Assembly: GCA_964016885.1 (NCBI GenBank)
Contig: OZ024750.1
Coordinates: 44,516,001 to 44,580,000 of the forward strand
Origin: Eledone cirrhosa
Taxonomy: Eukaryota
DNA: 64,000 nucleotides
Reading direction: 5' to 3'
The translations under genes were made by a program, and so were the position numbers. This document shows, piece by piece, positions 60,107 to 64,000 of this stretch. How positions within the stretch are numbered: the stretch's first letter is position 1; every line of letters starts with the position of its first letter. The notes below the pieces were generated by a model. That model ran no database searches. It saw only the letters and a program-made list of their open reading frames with translations, and had not been told where the DNA came from.

Positions 60107-60714
60107 GCCTGTGTGTATATATCTTCTCTAGCTTTAGGTACCGTTTCTCCTATAGTTACAAACCACAAGTTATTGCAATATGTACACTGTGTTAATTATA
60201 AATATAGAGTTTCAAGTGACAATATCTGTAAATGACCATCAATACATTACTCTGGGGTAGAGAGAGAGTGTGTGGGGACATGTGTGAGAGAGTGATCGAG
60301 AGAGATAGAGAGAGGGACAAAGTGTGTGAGAACGTGTGAGAGAGAGTGATCGAGAGAGATAGAGAGAGGGAGAAAGTGTGTGAGAACGTGTGAGAGAGAG
60401 TGATCGAGAGAGATAGAGAGAGGGAGAAAGTGTGTGAGAACATGTGAGAGAGAGTGATCGAGAGAGATAGAGAGAGGGAGAAAGTGTGTGAGAACGTGTG
60501 AGAGAGAGAGAGAGAGAGTGAACGAGAGAGAGAGAGAGAGGGTGTGGGAGAGATGGTATTGGTTGTGGTGGTGGGGAATAGAGTCAGACAGTCGGTCGAT
60601 AGTGAATGGTAATAAGAATGATGATGAAGGCTCTACCCCCCCCGCCCCCACCACAACTCCTCCTCTCGCTGCTACTACTCCTGCTACTACTGCTGTTACT
60701 ACTGCTGCTACTAC

Positions 60715-61840
60715 TCATAATTGTTTCTACTTTAGGCACAAGGCCAGCAAATAACCAGTGTATTACTGGTACTGGTTTCTTATATAGGCACAAGCCCAGC
60801 AATATTGGGGTAGGGGAAAGTCAATTAAATCTACCTCAGTGCATTACTGGTACTTTATTTTATCGACCCAGTAAGGATAATAAAGGCAAAGTTAACCTCG
60901 GCGGGATTTGAACTTAGATCATAAAGGGCCGTAACTCTAGGGTGCAAATCATGGTGTACGACCCTCTACCGATACTGCCAACCCACCTCCCTACTACTAC
61001 TACTACTACTACTAATAATAATAATAATAATAATTGTTTCTATATTTGGCACAAGGCCAGCAAATACCCAGTGCATTACTGGTACTTTATTTTATCGACC
61101 CCCGTAAGGATGAAAGGCAAAGTCAACCTCGGCGGGATTTGAACTCAGACCATAAAGGGCCGTAACTCTTTGCGTCAAAGCATGGCGTCCGACCCTCTAC
61201 CGATACTGCCAATCCACCAATAATAATAATAATTATAATGGTTCCTACTATAGGCACAAGGCCAGCAATATCGGGGAGAGGATAATCGATTAAATCGAGC
61301 CCAATACATTACTTGTGATTTATTGTATCGATCCCGTAAGGATGAAAGGCAAAGCTAAAACCGGCAACATTAGAACTCAGAACATAACATGACATAACTT
61401 TATGCCACAAATCATATTGTCCGGTGCTCTACTGCTTTTGGCAGAATTAGTAGAGCCCCTCTATCAAAATAATAATGATAATAATAATTGTTACTACCTT
61501 TGGCAGAAGGCCACCAAATACTCAGTGCATTACTGGTACATTATTTTATCGATCCCGTAAAGATGAAAGGTAAAGTTAACCTCGGCGGGATTTGAACTCA
61601 GAATGACAAGGGCCGTAACTCTTTGCTGCAAAGCATGGCGTCCGAACCATAAATAATTGTTTCTACTTTAGGCACAAGGTAGGCAAAACCCAGTACATTA
61701 CTGGTACTTTATTTTATCGACCCCGTAAAGATGAAAGGTAAAGTTAACCTCGGCGGGATTTGAAATCAGATCCGAAAGGGCCGTAACTCTATGCTGCAAA
61801 GCATGGCATCCGGCGCTCTACCGATACTGCCAATCCAAAT
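60715..61840 (-). mobile_element. Cluster of about five co-oriented family-1 SINEs
   Basis: Repeated ctggtactttattttatcgacccc...ggatttgaactcag bodies separated by (AAT)n/(ACT)n. Confidence 0.85.
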
Positions 61841-62894
61841 AATTATAATTATGCTTTCTTTTATTGGCCAAAAGGGCCAATGACATTAAGGACTCCAAAA
61901 AGTACAAAGTAAGGTTTACATGGAATCAAAAATTCGAAATGGACAAAAGTAATAAATATATAAATACATTTTTAACATGAATATTCCGTAATAGAAGAGA
62001 AGAATACCTAGAGTACTTTGGTGGACCCACCTCACACAGAAATGTGCCGGAAGTACTAGACTGGTATTTTTATCGACCTCGAAATGATGAAAGACAAAGT
62101 TGACCTCAGTGGGATTTGAACTAAAAGAGACGGAACGATTGATATAAAGCATTCTATCCGACATTCTAAAGACTCTGCCAATTCGCTCTCTATTTGTAAA
62201 ACACTATAAAAAGACACAAAAACCACTTTCTTCTTCAAGTGATTCTTGAAGAATTTAACGAGGGTTTTGTGGAACAAAACGTAAAATAGTTTCTCTCAGA
62301 AAACTATGACGAAAACGATTTCGGATAATTATGAACGTATCAAAATAAATTGTTTTGTTTAGTATCATAGAATGGGGAAATCTTGTGAGTTTTCGTATCA
62401 AAACGATTGCATATAGTATTAAGAACCTGGCCGAAAAAAAAACTACAAAAACATAACAAAATTATATCTTGAAACATTTTAATCACGACCAGTATATAAT
62501 TTGCTTCACTATATATAGCTACTAACATAAGAAATCCTCCTTCCTTGCCATTCACGATATAGAAGGTTTGATATGTGGATCCAATCCATAACATGTACTG
62601 TTTGACATAAACCCACAAATCAACAGTGTAAGTACACCCAGCGAGTGAGTGTCAGAAGGTTTTAACGCCAGGCTGTTATCCTTAAATATGGCTGCAGGGT
62701 AGGATTTGAGTGTCATTTTGCTGTTTGTCCTTACAGGTTAAACGATCATGTTAAAATAATCTCGTTGTGCTTGTTGATCTTTCAACTGTATTGTATATGT
62801 TCTGCTTCGTCGCCGTTGTTGGTATTTACGGTAAATTATAGCAGATCATCTGAAATATTTCCTGCTTCTGCGAGAAATACTCTTTATTATACCG

Positions 62895-62927
<33 letters not shown>

Positions 62928-62930
<3 letters not shown>

Positions 62931-63111
62931 AACGAGTAGGTCCCCGACGGCTGAGCTCAAGCCGTTTCGACGGCTAATTCAGAATTAGCCGCCGAAACGG
63001 CTTGAGCTCACCCGTCGGGTCCTATTCGTTCCTATTACCCACTCTACTACCCTAAGTATTGAGTACTTTGGTGCGTTATCGTCCACCTGGTTCCTTACCA
63101 CATTTCCTTCG

Positions 63112-63112
<1 letters not shown>
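62928..63112. mobile_element. Short fold-back element (~140-bp family) in (TA)n
   Basis: Short minus arm plus long plus arm joined at ggctaattcagaattagcc. Confidence 0.8.
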
Positions 63113-63183
<71 letters not shown>

Positions 63184-63675
63184 ATTCCATTATAATTTCC
63201 TGCAAATGCCTTTGGTAAGTTTATGTTCCAAACACTACCTTAATGAGAAAGTAAATCCTTTTAGTTCTTGGATATTTTCAAAATTATATATAAATCAAAG
63301 ACAGGGATCTTTTATTAGAAATATGATAACATAAGGATAACATGTTTATTATATAACTGCCTAAGTAATAATCGATGGAGTTAAATAATGTTGGTAGTTT
63401 AAAGTGTTGCCCGTAGATGGTGAAACGACAGAGTTTGTAGCAATTGTGATTGTGGTGGTATTTTGATGATGGTTACATAGAAATTAATAGCATTATTGTT
63501 GGTACTTGAAAGGATGGTAACTATCAATGATCAATGCTGGTGTAACGAGGTGCCATCTGTTGTTGGAAATAGACGTTACTCTATATTGCTGCTGCTATTT
63601 ATGCTAATTCTTTGAATATTTGCCTGACAATATGTTTTCTTTCGTGCGAATACGTATGGGCGTGTGTTTGTAATT

Positions 63676-63823
<148 letters not shown>

Positions 63824-63918
63824 CACACAGTACATATTGGGTTGTAACATGAATTTCCACCGTCGTTGTTATAAGACTCCTTAATAAAAGCAACGGCGGG
63901 AAAGCATGTTACAGCCCA

Positions 63919-63969
<51 letters not shown>

Positions 63970-64000
63970 CATATATATACGTGTCTGTGTGTTTGCAATC

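Overview
AT-rich animal genomic DNA saturated with (TA)n, (CA)n and (GA)n microsatellites and tRNA-derived SINEs. The repeat landscape suggests an octopus/cephalopod genome (inference). There is one 200-N gap. Nearly all track ORFs are microsatellite artefacts. The only recognisable long CDS is a Penelope-like retroelement (RT plus C-terminal GIY-YIG endonuclease), present as a head-to-head inverted pair (47980-53018) with both tails ending in (TA)n. The main hidden signal is a set of unrelated non-coding elements carrying type I hammerhead ribozyme (HHR) motifs, all embedded in (TA)n. They include tandem arrays of 312, ~472 and 591 bp units, a ~140-bp fold-back family and several solo motifs. 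The 312-bp and 591-bp arrays and the fold-back family repeat the head-to-head, tails-in-(TA)n architecture of the Penelope element. One ribozyme has a compensatory U3-A8 core (UUGAUAA) and a large stem II insert. Together this looks like a (TA)n-targeting Penelope plus retrozyme system. Also present: two satellites built from SINE Pol III promoter parts (67 x 42 bp and 4 x 123 bp), an internally deleted Hsmar2-like mariner, a MITE, an RTE 3' fragment and two candidate host exons. All RNA folds were read by eye and are untested.
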